NCBI GenBank assembly: GCA_043820925.1
Contig: JBDRDL010000013.1
Coordinates: 1 to 17,324 of the forward strand
DNA from: Methanobacteriota archaeon
GTDB lineage: Archaea; Hydrothermarchaeota; Hydrothermarchaeia; Hydrothermarchaeales; JACRDW01
Length of the DNA: 17,324 nt
Direction: 5' to 3'
A program made the position numbers and the translations under genes. The notes under the pieces are model-generated. The model had not been told where the DNA came from, did no database searches, and was given only the letters and a program-made list of their open reading frames with translations. How positions within the stretch are numbered: the stretch's first letter is position 1; each line of letters opens with the position of its first letter. Below, piece after piece: positions 1 to 8,027 of the stretch.

Positions 1-713
1 ACAAGCCTCCGCATTATGGCAACTCTTCTAAATGGCTCGCTTCCTGCGATTGCGTTTATGGTCATTATACGCAGCTGCATTAAATCATAAATAAAGTTGA
101 AAACGTCTTCAAATTCACCTGCACTTATCTCATGCTCTATCTTTGCCCTCCCTGTCGGGATAAGCATGTACAAATACCAGCCAGCAGCGCCGAGTTTTTT
201 AGCGTGCAGGAATATCTCAGGCAAGCTGCGGACATTGAATTTTGTAACGGTCGTTAGCAGTCGGAAGGGCAGCGCTGCTTCTCTCATTATTTGACTTGCC
301 CTGAGCATTAAATTAAAAGTGCCCGCAACTCCCCTAAAGCTGTCGTGCAGTTCAGCGCTGTGTCCATCTATGCTTATTGCCACCACGTCTACGCCTGCTT
401 CCTTCAACTTTATGATATTCTCCCTGTTCAAAAGAGGCGTGGTGCTCGGGGCAATTGTAACTTTTAATCCTTCATCTTTTGCGTATTTTATCAACTCGAA
501 AATATCGCTTCTCATCAGCGCATTGCCGCCGGTTATGCGGAGAATTGGATAGGGCTCGCCAAACTCAACGATTTGGTCTATTAAATTCCTTCCCTCCTCC
601 GTAGAAAGCTCGTCAGGGTCTGGAGTTTTTTTGGCTGAAGCTTTGCAGTGCTTACACGCAAGTCCGCACGCTATTGTCGACTCCCACATGATTGAGACTG
701 GCTTTTTAATCAT
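1..713 (-). CDS. Radical SAM enzyme, N-terminal ~237 aa (3' end runs off the window)
   Basis: Absent from the ORF track because no stop lies in the window. Hand translation of the reverse strand from ATG (complement of 711-713) stays open to position 3: MIKKPVSIMWESTIACGLACKHCKASAKK...ILRITGGNALMRSDIFELIKYAKDEGLKVTIAPSTT...AISIDGHSAELHDSFRGVAGTFNLMLRA... It has a CX3CX2C cluster (CGLACKHC) and a GG-x SAM-binding motif, as in PqqE/AhbD/SPASM-type radical SAM enzymes. The + strand ORFs 97..294 and 319..552 are its shadows. Confidence 0.8.
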   Translation of the reverse strand, partial: MIKKPVSIMWESTIACGLACKHCKASAKKTPDPDELSTEEGRNLIDQIVEFGEPYPILRITGGNALMRSDIFELIKYAKDEGLKVTIAPSTTPLLNRENIIKLKEAGVDVVAISIDGHSAELHDSFRGVAGTFNLMLRASQIMREAALPFRLLTTVTKFNVRSLPEIFLHAKKLGAAGWYLYMLIPTGRAKIEHEISAGEFEDVFNFIYDLMQLRIMTINAIAGSEPFRRVAIMRRL

Positions 714-766
714 GTTCTTCACTTGCTTCACAAAGCTTTTTAAATTTTGGCATTATAGTAGAATCC

Positions 767-1657
767 ATGAAGCTCGGCGGAATTGAAATCGAGGATACCT
801 ACTGCGAGGCTTTCGACGGCTTGTTTTCGAGAATACTGATTACTGCCAGAGACCATAAGAGGCTGTACAAGGCTGCGCTCACTGCTACAGCATTGCCTTC
901 GACGGTTTTCAATAAATCCGAAGGGGGTGTTGAGAGGTGGCCTGGTGAAAAGGAAACTCCGGACGGGCGCAGAGGTGCGATAGTACAAATATGGGTAAGC
1001 TATGGAAAAAATGCGCCAGCAAAGCTGGAGCAAGAGTTAGGGTGGCGGATTAGACAGGGCGTGCTCGTTGTGCCGACAACGAGCGTTTTCAATGCCTTCA
1101 ATTCCGATAAAAAAATAGACATAATGAACAAGGTCGGACACTGCGGCGACGGCTATGAAGAAGTTGAGGAGCGCTTTGGCAGGGAGGTAATTAACATTCC
1201 TTTAATGATGGGGGAGTTTATAATAGAGCGCTACATCGGCTATGCGAGGGGAGTGATGGGGGGCAACGTCTGGTTCTTCTGCGAAAGCATAGAAGCTGCG
1301 CTCGAAGCAGGAGACAGGGCAGTTGATGCGATAAGCGGAATCGAGGGAGCAATAACCTCGTTCGACGTATGCTCCGCCGGCTCCAAAGTCGAGACCAGTT
1401 ATCCTGAGATAGGTCCGACTACCAATCACCCCTACTGCCCCACGCTCAGAGGGAAAATCAAGGATTCGAGGGTACCAGAAGGAGTGGCGTCTATTCCGGA
1501 AATAGTAATCAACGGCACTTCTATAGAAGCAGTAAAAGAAGCGATGCGAGCAGCAGCGCACAGCATCAGAGATGTTGAGGGAGTTGTTAAAATCTCAGCG
1601 GGCAACTATGGAGGAAAACTCGGAAAGCACAAAATTTATCTCAGAGAGTTGATTTAG
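767..1657 (+). CDS. ftr: Formylmethanofuran--tetrahydromethanopterin N-formyltransferase
   Basis: 296-aa ORF. The N-terminus MKLGGIEIEDTYCEAFDGLFSRILITA and the overall length match the Ftr family of methanogens and Archaeoglobus. It is divergent from the radical SAM gene across a 53-nt AT-rich spacer. Confidence 0.93.
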   Translation: MKLGGIEIEDTYCEAFDGLFSRILITARDHKRLYKAALTATALPSTVFNKSEGGVERWPGEKETPDGRRGAIVQIWVSYGKNAPAKLEQELGWRIRQGVLVVPTTSVFNAFNSDKKIDIMNKVGHCGDGYEEVEERFGREVINIPLMMGEFIIERYIGYARGVMGGNVWFFCESIEAALEAGDRAVDAISGIEGAITSFDVCSAGSKVETSYPEIGPTTNHPYCPTLRGKIKDSRVPEGVASIPEIVINGTSIEAVKEAMRAAAHSIRDVEGVVKISAGNYGGKLGKHKIYLRELI

Positions 1658-1770
1658 TATTACTGACGCTTTATTTTATCTATTTAAACATGAATAAACG
1701 TTTTACAACTTTTAAAAACAAAATTAACATTTTAAAATGCTTATTTTTCCTCAAAAATCAATAATTGCTG

Positions 1771-1787
1771 GAAAATTTATAAATATA
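1771..1787 (+). promoter_or_regulatory. BRE/TATA-like element (GAAAATTTATAAATATA) about 45 nt upstream of the small ORF at 1829
   Basis: Purine-rich BRE-like run followed by TTTATAAATA. The spacing fits a transcription start near 1807. Confidence 0.4.
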
Positions 1788-1828
1788 ACTTGAGACAAGT
1801 AGGTTACTGAAAAAAAGAAGGGATTGAA

Positions 1829-1948
1829 ATGGACGAGATAGTATTGTCGCTTCTGCTTGCTTTCGCAAGTATATTACTTGGAATGGCACTTTATCTGGCT
1901 GTGGAAAGTTGTATATCAGGCGAGGCTAGCTTTCACGTAGGGGGCTAA
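1829..1948 (+). CDS. Hypothetical 39-aa hydrophobic peptide (MDEIVLSLLLAFASILLGMALYLAVESCISGEASFHVGG)
   Basis: Below the ORF-track size cutoff; hand translated. It has its own TATA-like box, one predicted TM helix and a T/pyrimidine-rich tract right after the stop. Its start context GGGATTGAA-ATG matches those of rpoH and rpoA1. Confidence 0.3.
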   Translation: MDEIVLSLLLAFASILLGMALYLAVESCISGEASFHVGG

Positions 1949-2225
1949 ATCTCTTTTTCTCTCCTCCCACCTCCTTGCCCCCTTGTGAACCTTGCGCCAG
2001 CAGCTGGGAAACTCTGGTTGCTGGCGTTAAATTTTTAAATTACAATTTTTATTTTATATACAAGCTCTTTAGCCTTGCGAAAATTGTTATTATCTTTGGT
2101 TTGGAAGTTCAAGATTGCAACTCGGCTTTAATTTTAGATTTAGTTCTAGAGCGAAAAATAGAAGATACGAACGAATGGAGGGGCAGAGTTAAAGAGAAAG
2201 ATTTTTAACTATACATTATATCATG

Positions 2226-2310
2226 TGGGCGTCGTGCCTAAAATTATAAATGTGGTGCTGCTGAGTATTTACCATGATAAACCTGTACTTCGTTGGAACA
2301 GCGGGCAACG
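2226..2310 (+). repeat. Direct repeat copy 1 of the GPN-GTPase promoter plus first 11 codons (partner 3060..3144)
   Basis: TGGGCG, then TAAA(A/G)TTATAAATG, then a diverged 21-22 nt, then a 30-nt perfect match CATGATAAACCTGTACTTCGTTGGAACAGC (2273-2302 = 3107-3136). Confidence 0.85.
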
Positions 2311-2432
2311 ACTTTGACCAGGCAGCCCTGCTGTCAGACCTTTTGAGGGCGGCAGACGTAACAATGAATGGTAATGCTTGTTATAGCTACACTGAAAAAA
2401 GTATACAAACGCTCCAACTAATTTTTAAATAG
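2274..2432 (+). pseudogene. Chimeric 52-aa ORF: duplicated 5' end of the GPN-loop GTPase gene (MINLYFVGTAG) fused to unrelated sequence
   Basis: The first 11 residues and the upstream TATA box are copies of the 3108 gene. The P-loop is broken (GTAGNDF instead of GTAGSGKT). Confidence 0.6.
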
Positions 2433-2462
2433 TTAATTTGTGTGCGTTATAATAGGTGAATC

Positions 2463-2600
2463 ATGGAAGAAAAGATAATTTCTGAGAAGGGGAATGCCCT
2501 CAAAATTTTGGAATGGTTTAAATTGCACAAGGACGAGGAATTCGCAAAAGTTCTTGAGAGCACAGTAAAAAGAAGCAGAGAGAAGTTAGCTTTAAGGTGA
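2463..2600 (+). CDS. Putative antitoxin (VapB position), 45 aa
   Basis: Hand-translated small ORF MEEKIISEKGNALKILEWFKLHKDEEFAKVLESTVKRSREKLALR. Its TGA stop ends 1 nt before the PIN gene start. The call rests on position and size only; I recognise no fold. Confidence 0.45.
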   Translation: MEEKIISEKGNALKILEWFKLHKDEEFAKVLESTVKRSREKLALR

Positions 2601-2601
2601 T

Positions 2602-3003
2602 TTGTTGACCGGGGTTGATACTACCTTTATCATCGACCTTTTTAGGGGTAGCTTGAAGGCTACGAAACTCCTTGAAGATTTGTGGGAGAAAGGGGAACGT
2701 GTCTCGACAACTGTCATAAATCTTGCAGAACTCTACCGCGGCGCTTTTTCTCATTCGAGAGCCGATGAAAAGCTTCGGGAAATTGAAGACATGAAAGACC
2801 TCTTAGTTGTATTGGATATGAAAGCAGAGAGTGCAAAGCTTTATGGCAGGATTTATGCAGAATTAAAAAAGAAAGGTAAGATAGCAAAAGACAGAGACAT
2901 CGTCATATCCTCGATATTCTTATCATTTGGTGAGAGAAAAATAATTACCCGTGACGAAAAGCACTTCAGAGACATAGGAGGCATAGAAGTAGTTGCATAT
3001 TAA
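2602..3003 (+). CDS. vapC: PIN-domain ribonuclease toxin (VapC-like)
   Basis: 133 aa. The four PIN acidic positions are present: D6 (GVDTTF), E43 (NLAELY), D99 (DRDIVISS) and D118 (ITRDEKHF). The start is TTG (2602 or 2605); an in-frame stop lies at 2593. Confidence 0.8.
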   Translation: MLTGVDTTFIIDLFRGSLKATKLLEDLWEKGERVSTTVINLAELYRGAFSHSRADEKLREIEDMKDLLVVLDMKAESAKLYGRIYAELKKKGKIAKDRDIVISSIFLSFGERKIITRDEKHFRDIGGIEVVAY

Positions 3004-3059
3004 TTACCTACAATATCTCTGAGGAGATTGCTAATCTTTCTGCTCAGTTGGGTAGCCTC

Positions 3060-3144
3060 TGGGCGATGCCCTAAAGTTATAAATGCACAGCAGCCAAATT
3101 ACTGAGCATGATAAACCTGTACTTCGTTGGAACAGCAGGCAGCG
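3060..3144 (+). repeat. Direct repeat copy 2 (functional GTPase promoter and 5' end); partner 2226..2310
   Basis: See copy 1. The two copies are 834 bp apart and bracket the VapBC cassette. Confidence 0.85.
3073..3085 (+). promoter_or_regulatory. TATA box (AAAGTTATAAATG) for the GTPase gene; spacing implies a leaderless or near-leaderless mRNA
   Basis: The TATA centre lies about 28 nt upstream of the ATG at 3108. An equivalent box sits at 2240-2252 before the chimeric ORF. Confidence 0.55.
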
Positions 3145-3872
3145 GAAAGACCACGCTCACGCATGCATTCCAGCTGTGGATGCAGCAGCACGGCTTCAAT
3201 GCGATAACCATGAACTTAGACCCTGGAGTCGATATGCTGCCTTATCCTGCAGATATAGATGTCCGAGAGTGGGTCAGCATTCCAGAAGTCATGCAGCGCT
3301 ATGGAGTAGGACCAAACGGAGCGCAGATAATCGCAGCCGATTTGCTCGCAGTTAAGGCGAAAGAAATTAAAGAGGTGCTCGAAGAGTTCGAGGCAGACTA
3401 TCTTTTAGTTGATACTCCGGGTCAGATAGAGCTGTTTACGTTGAGGGAGTCGAGCAGGTTCGTGCTCGATGTTTTCGATTCAAAAAAGTCTGCGATTGCC
3501 TTTCTCTTCGACCCTGTTTTAGCAAGAATGCCTGCAGGATTCGTGTCGCTGCTGCTCCTCTGCACCTCAACGCAATTCAGATTCGACATTCCGATTTTCA
3601 ACGTGCTTGCGAAGTCAGATATTCTAAGCCCGGAAGAAGTCGAAAAAATCGTTGAATGGAGCAAAGACAGCGGCAAGCTGTATGACGCCCTCATAAATAC
3701 CAAACCCACGATGCAGACGCAGGCAAGTATCGAATTATTTTATGCTCTCGAAAGAATAGAAGCCTACAAATCCCTCATCCCGATTTCCTCAAAAAATAAC
3801 TACGGCATGGAAGATTTATACAACCTCGCCCAACAAGTGTTTATGGGCGGGGAGGATTTGGGGAAGGATTAG
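3108..3872 (+). CDS. GPN-loop GTPase (archaeal PAB0955/Npa3-like)
   Basis: 254 aa with P-loop GTAGSGKTT, GPN motif (YGVGPNGAQI), DTPGQIE switch and the expected length. Confidence 0.9.
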   Translation: MINLYFVGTAGSGKTTLTHAFQLWMQQHGFNAITMNLDPGVDMLPYPADIDVREWVSIPEVMQRYGVGPNGAQIIAADLLAVKAKEIKEVLEEFEADYLLVDTPGQIELFTLRESSRFVLDVFDSKKSAIAFLFDPVLARMPAGFVSLLLLCTSTQFRFDIPIFNVLAKSDILSPEEVEKIVEWSKDSGKLYDALINTKPTMQTQASIELFYALERIEAYKSLIPISSKNNYGMEDLYNLAQQVFMGGEDLGKD

Positions 3873-3894
3873 TGCTGTTTCGTAGTCGCACCAA

Positions 3895-4278
3895 TTACTT
3901 CAAACACTCCTTTACACTCTTCAAAAATTTCTCTGCATTTCTTACCCACTTCTCGGCATCCGATTTGCTGGACATCAAGCCTTTGTAGTCCGCCATCGAC
4001 TTGAGTTGAACAGCCGGCGTAACTACAGCTATCCTCAAATCAGCAAACTTGGTTGGTATTTTATTCAGGCGAACCAACTCCAGAAATAGCTGTGGTGCGT
4101 CATCATGCCTGATTGCCCGCTTGTTTAAAAATTTAGTGGTGAGCGCATCATTTGCCCTGATAATTGAGTGTATGGACTGGGCTATCACAACAGTATACTT
4201 CTCGTTATCCAAGGATTCGGAACTCAACAGCTGTTTTGCACTTTCAAGCCAGAACTCGGCTTCTTTTAATTCTCTCAT
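3895..4278 (-). CDS. HEPN-domain protein (toxin partner of the adjacent nucleotidyltransferase)
   Basis: 127-aa all-helical ORF with a HEPN-like layout (AEFWLESAKQLL...IAQSIHSIIRANDALT...RAIRHDDA...AEKWVRNAEKFLKSVKE). It lies immediately downstream of the MNT gene and overlaps it by 35 nt. Confidence 0.75.
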   Translation of the reverse strand: MRELKEAEFWLESAKQLLSSESLDNEKYTVVIAQSIHSIIRANDALTTKFLNKRAIRHDDAPQLFLELVRLNKIPTKFADLRIAVVTPAVQLKSMADYKGLMSSKSDAEKWVRNAEKFLKSVKECLK

Positions 4279-4831
4279 AGACGGTCTCTCCTTTCTTCAG
4301 CTCCTCTGCGAACTGTGTATCTTCTTCGGCTTCCTTCGCAGTCAGTATAAGAGGTATGATTCTCATTTTAGACTTTTTCAAAATTTCGTCGGTTATTGAG
4401 GCAATTCTATTTTCCAATTCCTTATTTTTTTTATCAGTTATTACGACCATATCTATATCGCTAATTAATTTTTCACTTTTTCTTGCCACACTGCCGAACA
4501 GGACAATTTTTTTCACTTCACCAATTCTTTTCACACTTTTTACAAAATTTTTTACAGCTAGCTTGTGAGGTGAGAATTCGATTTCCAGTATCTTCCTTAC
4601 TTCTTTCAAGAATGGTGAAGCTTCATTAAGCCTGCAAGCTACTGAATGACCGACCGTCTTGGTCAAAATTATCCCTGCTTTATCCAGTTTCTGAACAAAC
4701 CTCCATGTAGTTGCATAAGAAATTCTGGAAAGTTTTGACAATTCATTCACTGTAAACTCTCTTTTCGGATATTTTAAAAACAGCTCTATTATTTTTCTTT
4801 TAGTTATACATTCTTGGATAATATTATTCAT
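4244..4831 (-). CDS. Minimal nucleotidyltransferase (MNT) with N-terminal winged-HTH domain
   Basis: 195 aa. NTase signature LFGSVARKSEKLISDIDMVVIT (GS-x-AR...D-x-D). The N-terminal ~70 aa look wHTH-like (FTVNELSKLSRISYATTWRFVQKLDKAGII). A palindromic TATA (TTTATAAA, ~4853-4860) lies about 25 nt upstream. Confidence 0.85.
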   Translation of the reverse strand: MNNIIQECITKRKIIELFLKYPKREFTVNELSKLSRISYATTWRFVQKLDKAGIILTKTVGHSVACRLNEASPFLKEVRKILEIEFSPHKLAVKNFVKSVKRIGEVKKIVLFGSVARKSEKLISDIDMVVITDKKNKELENRIASITDEILKKSKMRIIPLILTAKEAEEDTQFAEELKKGETVYERIKRSRVLA

Positions 4832-4943
4832 GTTTGAATAATTGGTGCTGCGTATTTATAAACATTTCGTTCGTTAGTCTATAAGCGAATCCAGAAAAAG
4901 ATTGACAGAAAACCTTACCAACGATATTCTGTTGCATTATTAT

Positions 4944-5025
4944 GCCAATGATGAATGATGGGCGACCTGATTTTCCACGCTTGCATGCAAGTGTGGAAAG
5001 TGATGAGCTCTATGAGCGCTGAGGC
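4944..5025 (+). ncRNA. Box C/D sRNA (2'-O-methylation guide)
   Basis: Layout, in order:
- GCC, then A
- C box AUGAUGA (4948-4954)
- 12-nt guide AUGAUGGGCGAC
- D' box CUGA (4967-4970)
- 29-nt spacer
- C' box GUGAUGA (5000-5006)
- 12-nt guide GCUCUAUGAGCG
- D box CUGA (5019-5022)
- GGC
The terminal GCC/GGC can form a stem and both guides are exactly 12 nt. It sits in the MNT-pyrF intergenic spacer. Confidence 0.75.
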
Positions 5026-5026
5026 A

Positions 5027-5659
5027 TTATAACTTTTTCAAAATATCCGCAAACTCCTGCGCAGCTTTTTTTGGGTCACGGGAAGCGTAAATTCCTCGAC
5101 CGATTATTTCGAAGTCAGCGCCAGCTTTAATTGCATCTCCTACAGCTGCGCCCTGCGCCTTTATGCCCGGGGAGATAATTACAATATCGCCGACGATTTT
5201 TCTCAGTTGCTTTATTCTCTCAGGCCGAGTTGCTGGAGCTACGATTCCGTATGCGTATTTTTTCGCTATTTTTGCAATTTTCTCAGCCTCGCTGCTCATG
5301 AAATCTTTTGCGCCAGGATGGCTCATCTCGGCTACCACAAAAATCTCAGCAACCCCGCCACATGCCTTTACGACGTCCTCGCCCACGAAGCCGTGCACGA
5401 TAACATAATCAGCTCCGTTTTTCGTTGCAATTTCGCAAATTTTTCTGCTAATCTCGGGAATATCTGCAGCTTTGAAATCAGCGATTACTGGCTTTTTGAA
5501 GTTCTTCAGCTTTTTAATAATGCTCAAGTCTGTTTTCAGCACTAGCGGATACCCGACTTTTATTGCATCTATATATTCTGCCACTTCTTCGCAAATTTGC
5601 AGAGCTTTTTCTTCACTCTCTACGTCTAAAGCCAAAATTATGCGGTTATTTTTTTGCAT
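5027..5659 (-). CDS. pyrF: Orotidine 5'-phosphate decarboxylase
   Basis: 210 aa with ILALDV and the IADFKAADIPE catalytic Asp-x-Lys-x-x-Asp motif; archaeal short-type length. Overlaps the upstream dys gene by 14 nt. Confidence 0.9.
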   Translation of the reverse strand: MQKNNRIILALDVESEEKALQICEEVAEYIDAIKVGYPLVLKTDLSIIKKLKNFKKPVIADFKAADIPEISRKICEIATKNGADYVIVHGFVGEDVVKACGGVAEIFVVAEMSHPGAKDFMSSEAEKIAKIAKKYAYGIVAPATRPERIKQLRKIVGDIVIISPGIKAQGAAVGDAIKAGADFEIIGRGIYASRDPKKAAQEFADILKKL

Positions 5660-6578
5660 GCATTCTCTCCTTCACACTCGCAACCAGCAGCGGAAATAGC
5701 ACCGTTGTATCTCCGATTACTGTTACGAGGTTGCTTTTTGCTTTAACTTTCCCCCAAGATATGCCTTCTTCCAATTTTGCCCCGCTAAGGCTCCCCGCCT
5801 CTTCCCTGTCCATGGTTATTTGAATTCCGTAGTCTATGCCGTTGCGCAGTAAATTAGCACCGAGTATGTAGTGTTTTGGTACTCCTCCGCCGAGTATCAC
5901 TGCTCCAGTTTTTTTTGCAGCGAATACAGTATCTGCAAGGTCATTCATATCTTTAACCACATTAAGAACAAGTTCTTGCTTTTGGGAAAAGAAAAACAGC
6001 TGCAAGCCCAGCATCGAATCGGTTACGGCAGGTGAAAAAACTGGAACTTTTTTTTGGTATGCGGCTCTAAGAAAAGAGTTTTTATCCTTTATCTTTGAGC
6101 CGATTTCCCAGAGCAGCTCCTTCACAGAAAGATTTTTTCTTTTATTTTCGTCTATTGAAGAAAAAATCTTCTGGACTTCTTTTTCAAAAACTTCGAAGTC
6201 AGAGAATTTTGCAAAAACGTTGCCTATCCGGCCGATTTTTTTTCCTCGCAGCTCTACATCGTCTGCCGAGAAGCTGCCGATGTAGTGCCTGCCGTGGAAA
6301 GCCTCGACCATATCGTGCACCACATTAGATCCAGAGGTAACGATTACGTGCACATAATTCGAGCTAATCAGGTCAGTAATTATTTTTCTTAATCCAGATG
6401 CAGTTAGCGGACCAGACAATCCGAGAAAAATCGTTGCTTTTTTCAGGAGCATCTCCTCAAATATATCGCTGGCAGCAGCCAGGCTCCTTGCCCCCAAGAC
6501 GCCGGCTTTTTTGTACTCTTCAACAAGCTCGTTAATACTCATCTCGTCTCTCAACGAAATCTGCCCGACTTTCTTCAC
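5646..6578 (-). CDS. dys: Deoxyhypusine synthase
   Basis: 310 aa. Motifs GLSGPLTASGLRKIITDLI...VIVTSGSNVVHD and EAGSLSGAKLEEGISWGKV are typical of archaeal DHS. Its start overlaps the stop of the upstream gene by 4 nt. Confidence 0.9.
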   Translation of the reverse strand: MKKVGQISLRDEMSINELVEEYKKAGVLGARSLAAASDIFEEMLLKKATIFLGLSGPLTASGLRKIITDLISSNYVHVIVTSGSNVVHDMVEAFHGRHYIGSFSADDVELRGKKIGRIGNVFAKFSDFEVFEKEVQKIFSSIDENKRKNLSVKELLWEIGSKIKDKNSFLRAAYQKKVPVFSPAVTDSMLGLQLFFFSQKQELVLNVVKDMNDLADTVFAAKKTGAVILGGGVPKHYILGANLLRNGIDYGIQITMDREEAGSLSGAKLEEGISWGKVKAKSNLVTVIGDTTVLFPLLVASVKERMHAKK

Positions 6579-7942
6579 TTCTTTCCCTTCTTGAGCTCCC
6601 TCAATTCTCTCCGCAGCGCATCTACTTTGGAGTCAATTTCGCTGATTCTTTTCTCGAGCTCTTTCTTTTCAGACTCGAATGATTTTTCTGTAATTTCGTT
6701 TACTGCCATTTTTTTTCTCAGATTTTCTATGCTTAGCCCAAGCTTTTCTTTCTCTTTATTCAAGGCTCTTATTTCACCTGCGATTTCTGTGCTTTTCTTC
6801 ACAGCATCAACTTTCCTCTCAAAGCCCAGAAATCTCCTCCTTTTGAGTTCGTCTATGCTTTTGAATTCCTGAATGCTGCTCTTAATCTCAGTTTGTCTTG
6901 CCTTAAATGCGATTAGCGCAACGAATAGAAAAGCTAGAGCTATCAAAGCTACAGTATAGCTGACTCCTCCCTCCTCAGCCTCCGGCACACGAGTTAAATT
7001 TTTCTGGGATTGCTGCGTTAAGTTTGACTCGATGCGTGCAACTCTCCTCTGTAGTGCTGCCTGCATTTCGAAATTTGCGAGACTTTTAGCTTTTGTTGCT
7101 TCTCTCAATGCGCTCCTCGCATACTCTTCGGCGATGTTTGCGCTTTTCAGCGATTCCGAGTATTCTCTGGAATTGTACTTTGCTTCCCCAAGCTGTAGGA
7201 ACGCTTTAGCATTCTGCAGCAGCTGCGTGGATTGATTGTAAGAAGCTACCGCAGCAGTGAGATTTGCCTCATAGCTCTGAGCATTTTTTACAGCGTTATT
7301 TGCGTCAGCAATTGAGTAGGCAGCTTCAGTTATGAGTGTTTTTGCAGTAGCGATGCACTCAAGAGCCTGCTCTTTGAAGTTGGCGTATTCTATTCTTACC
7401 GGAAATCCATCCTGGATTGCTGAGATATTTTCGAATATAGAAGTGCTGTAGAATAAAATTTCGTTATCTCTATCGATGATTTTATCAACCCTTGGAGCGA
7501 AGCTGCCGAAGTAGTTATTTCGAGGGGAAATGAATTTTATGTTGGTTTTATGCACCAGCCAGGGGTATTTTCCGAGGGACAAGCCTTCGAATAATTTGGT
7601 CGAATCTCTTTCGTAAAGCATGTCAGACCTTCGGTAGCTCAGTTCTACCTTTACTTCCTCCTTGCCCCATATGCTTAGAGCGAGAGCAACTTTCGTAGGA
7701 TGTTCGTCTTTTGGAGTATAAGTTTTTCCATTTAGTTTGATATCCCTCGCATCGCCTCGAATAAAATATACATCGCCATCAAAAAGGTAAGACCCGCCGA
7801 TGTTCTTAAATATTATTTTCTCCTCTACAAAAAAATCGTTCTCGTTAAGATAGTATGTCAGATTGTGCTCAGGAACGTATATGTCTTGAGCATGCACTAC
7901 CGCAGGTAGAGCCACAATTACAAAGAGAAGAATCCACCGCAT
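6575..7942 (-). CDS. Secreted/membrane-anchored coiled-coil protein of unknown function (455 aa)
   Basis: The track ORF (to 8128) is trimmed to Met63 (complement of 7940-7942), because upstream of that it overlaps tRNA-Tyr. The trimmed N-terminus MRWILLFVIVALPAVVHAQ is a signal peptide. Further features are four NLT sequons, a helical Ala/Asn-rich region, a TM helix (VALIALAFLFVALIAF) and a charged cytoplasmic coiled coil. Confidence 0.8.
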   Translation of the reverse strand: MRWILLFVIVALPAVVHAQDIYVPEHNLTYYLNENDFFVEEKIIFKNIGGSYLFDGDVYFIRGDARDIKLNGKTYTPKDEHPTKVALALSIWGKEEVKVELSYRRSDMLYERDSTKLFEGLSLGKYPWLVHKTNIKFISPRNNYFGSFAPRVDKIIDRDNEILFYSTSIFENISAIQDGFPVRIEYANFKEQALECIATAKTLITEAAYSIADANNAVKNAQSYEANLTAAVASYNQSTQLLQNAKAFLQLGEAKYNSREYSESLKSANIAEEYARSALREATKAKSLANFEMQAALQRRVARIESNLTQQSQKNLTRVPEAEEGGVSYTVALIALAFLFVALIAFKARQTEIKSSIQEFKSIDELKRRRFLGFERKVDAVKKSTEIAGEIRALNKEKEKLGLSIENLRKKMAVNEITEKSFESEKKELEKRISEIDSKVDALRRELRELKKGKK

Positions 7943-8027
7943 GTTAATCACATTTTTAGTAGTTAGATATATATTTATTCTCAACGTAGAAATTTTTACC
8001 TTTGGTAAAAATTTCAGACGTTGAAAA

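Noticed and set aside
1961-1982. Pyrimidine tract CCCACCTCCTT resembling the 16S rRNA 3' end (anti-Shine-Dalgarno), or AAGGAGGTG on the minus strand
   Set aside because: It is a short match with no downstream start codon on the minus strand at a usable distance. It is most simply part of the pyrimidine-rich terminator region after the small ORF.
1975-2208. Track ORF 1975..2208 (+), 77 aa
   Set aside because: It has a TTG start and a low-complexity AT-rich body (FLNYNFYFIYKLF), with no Shine-Dalgarno site or promoter. It spans a hairpin/terminator-like region, so it is probably non-coding spacer.
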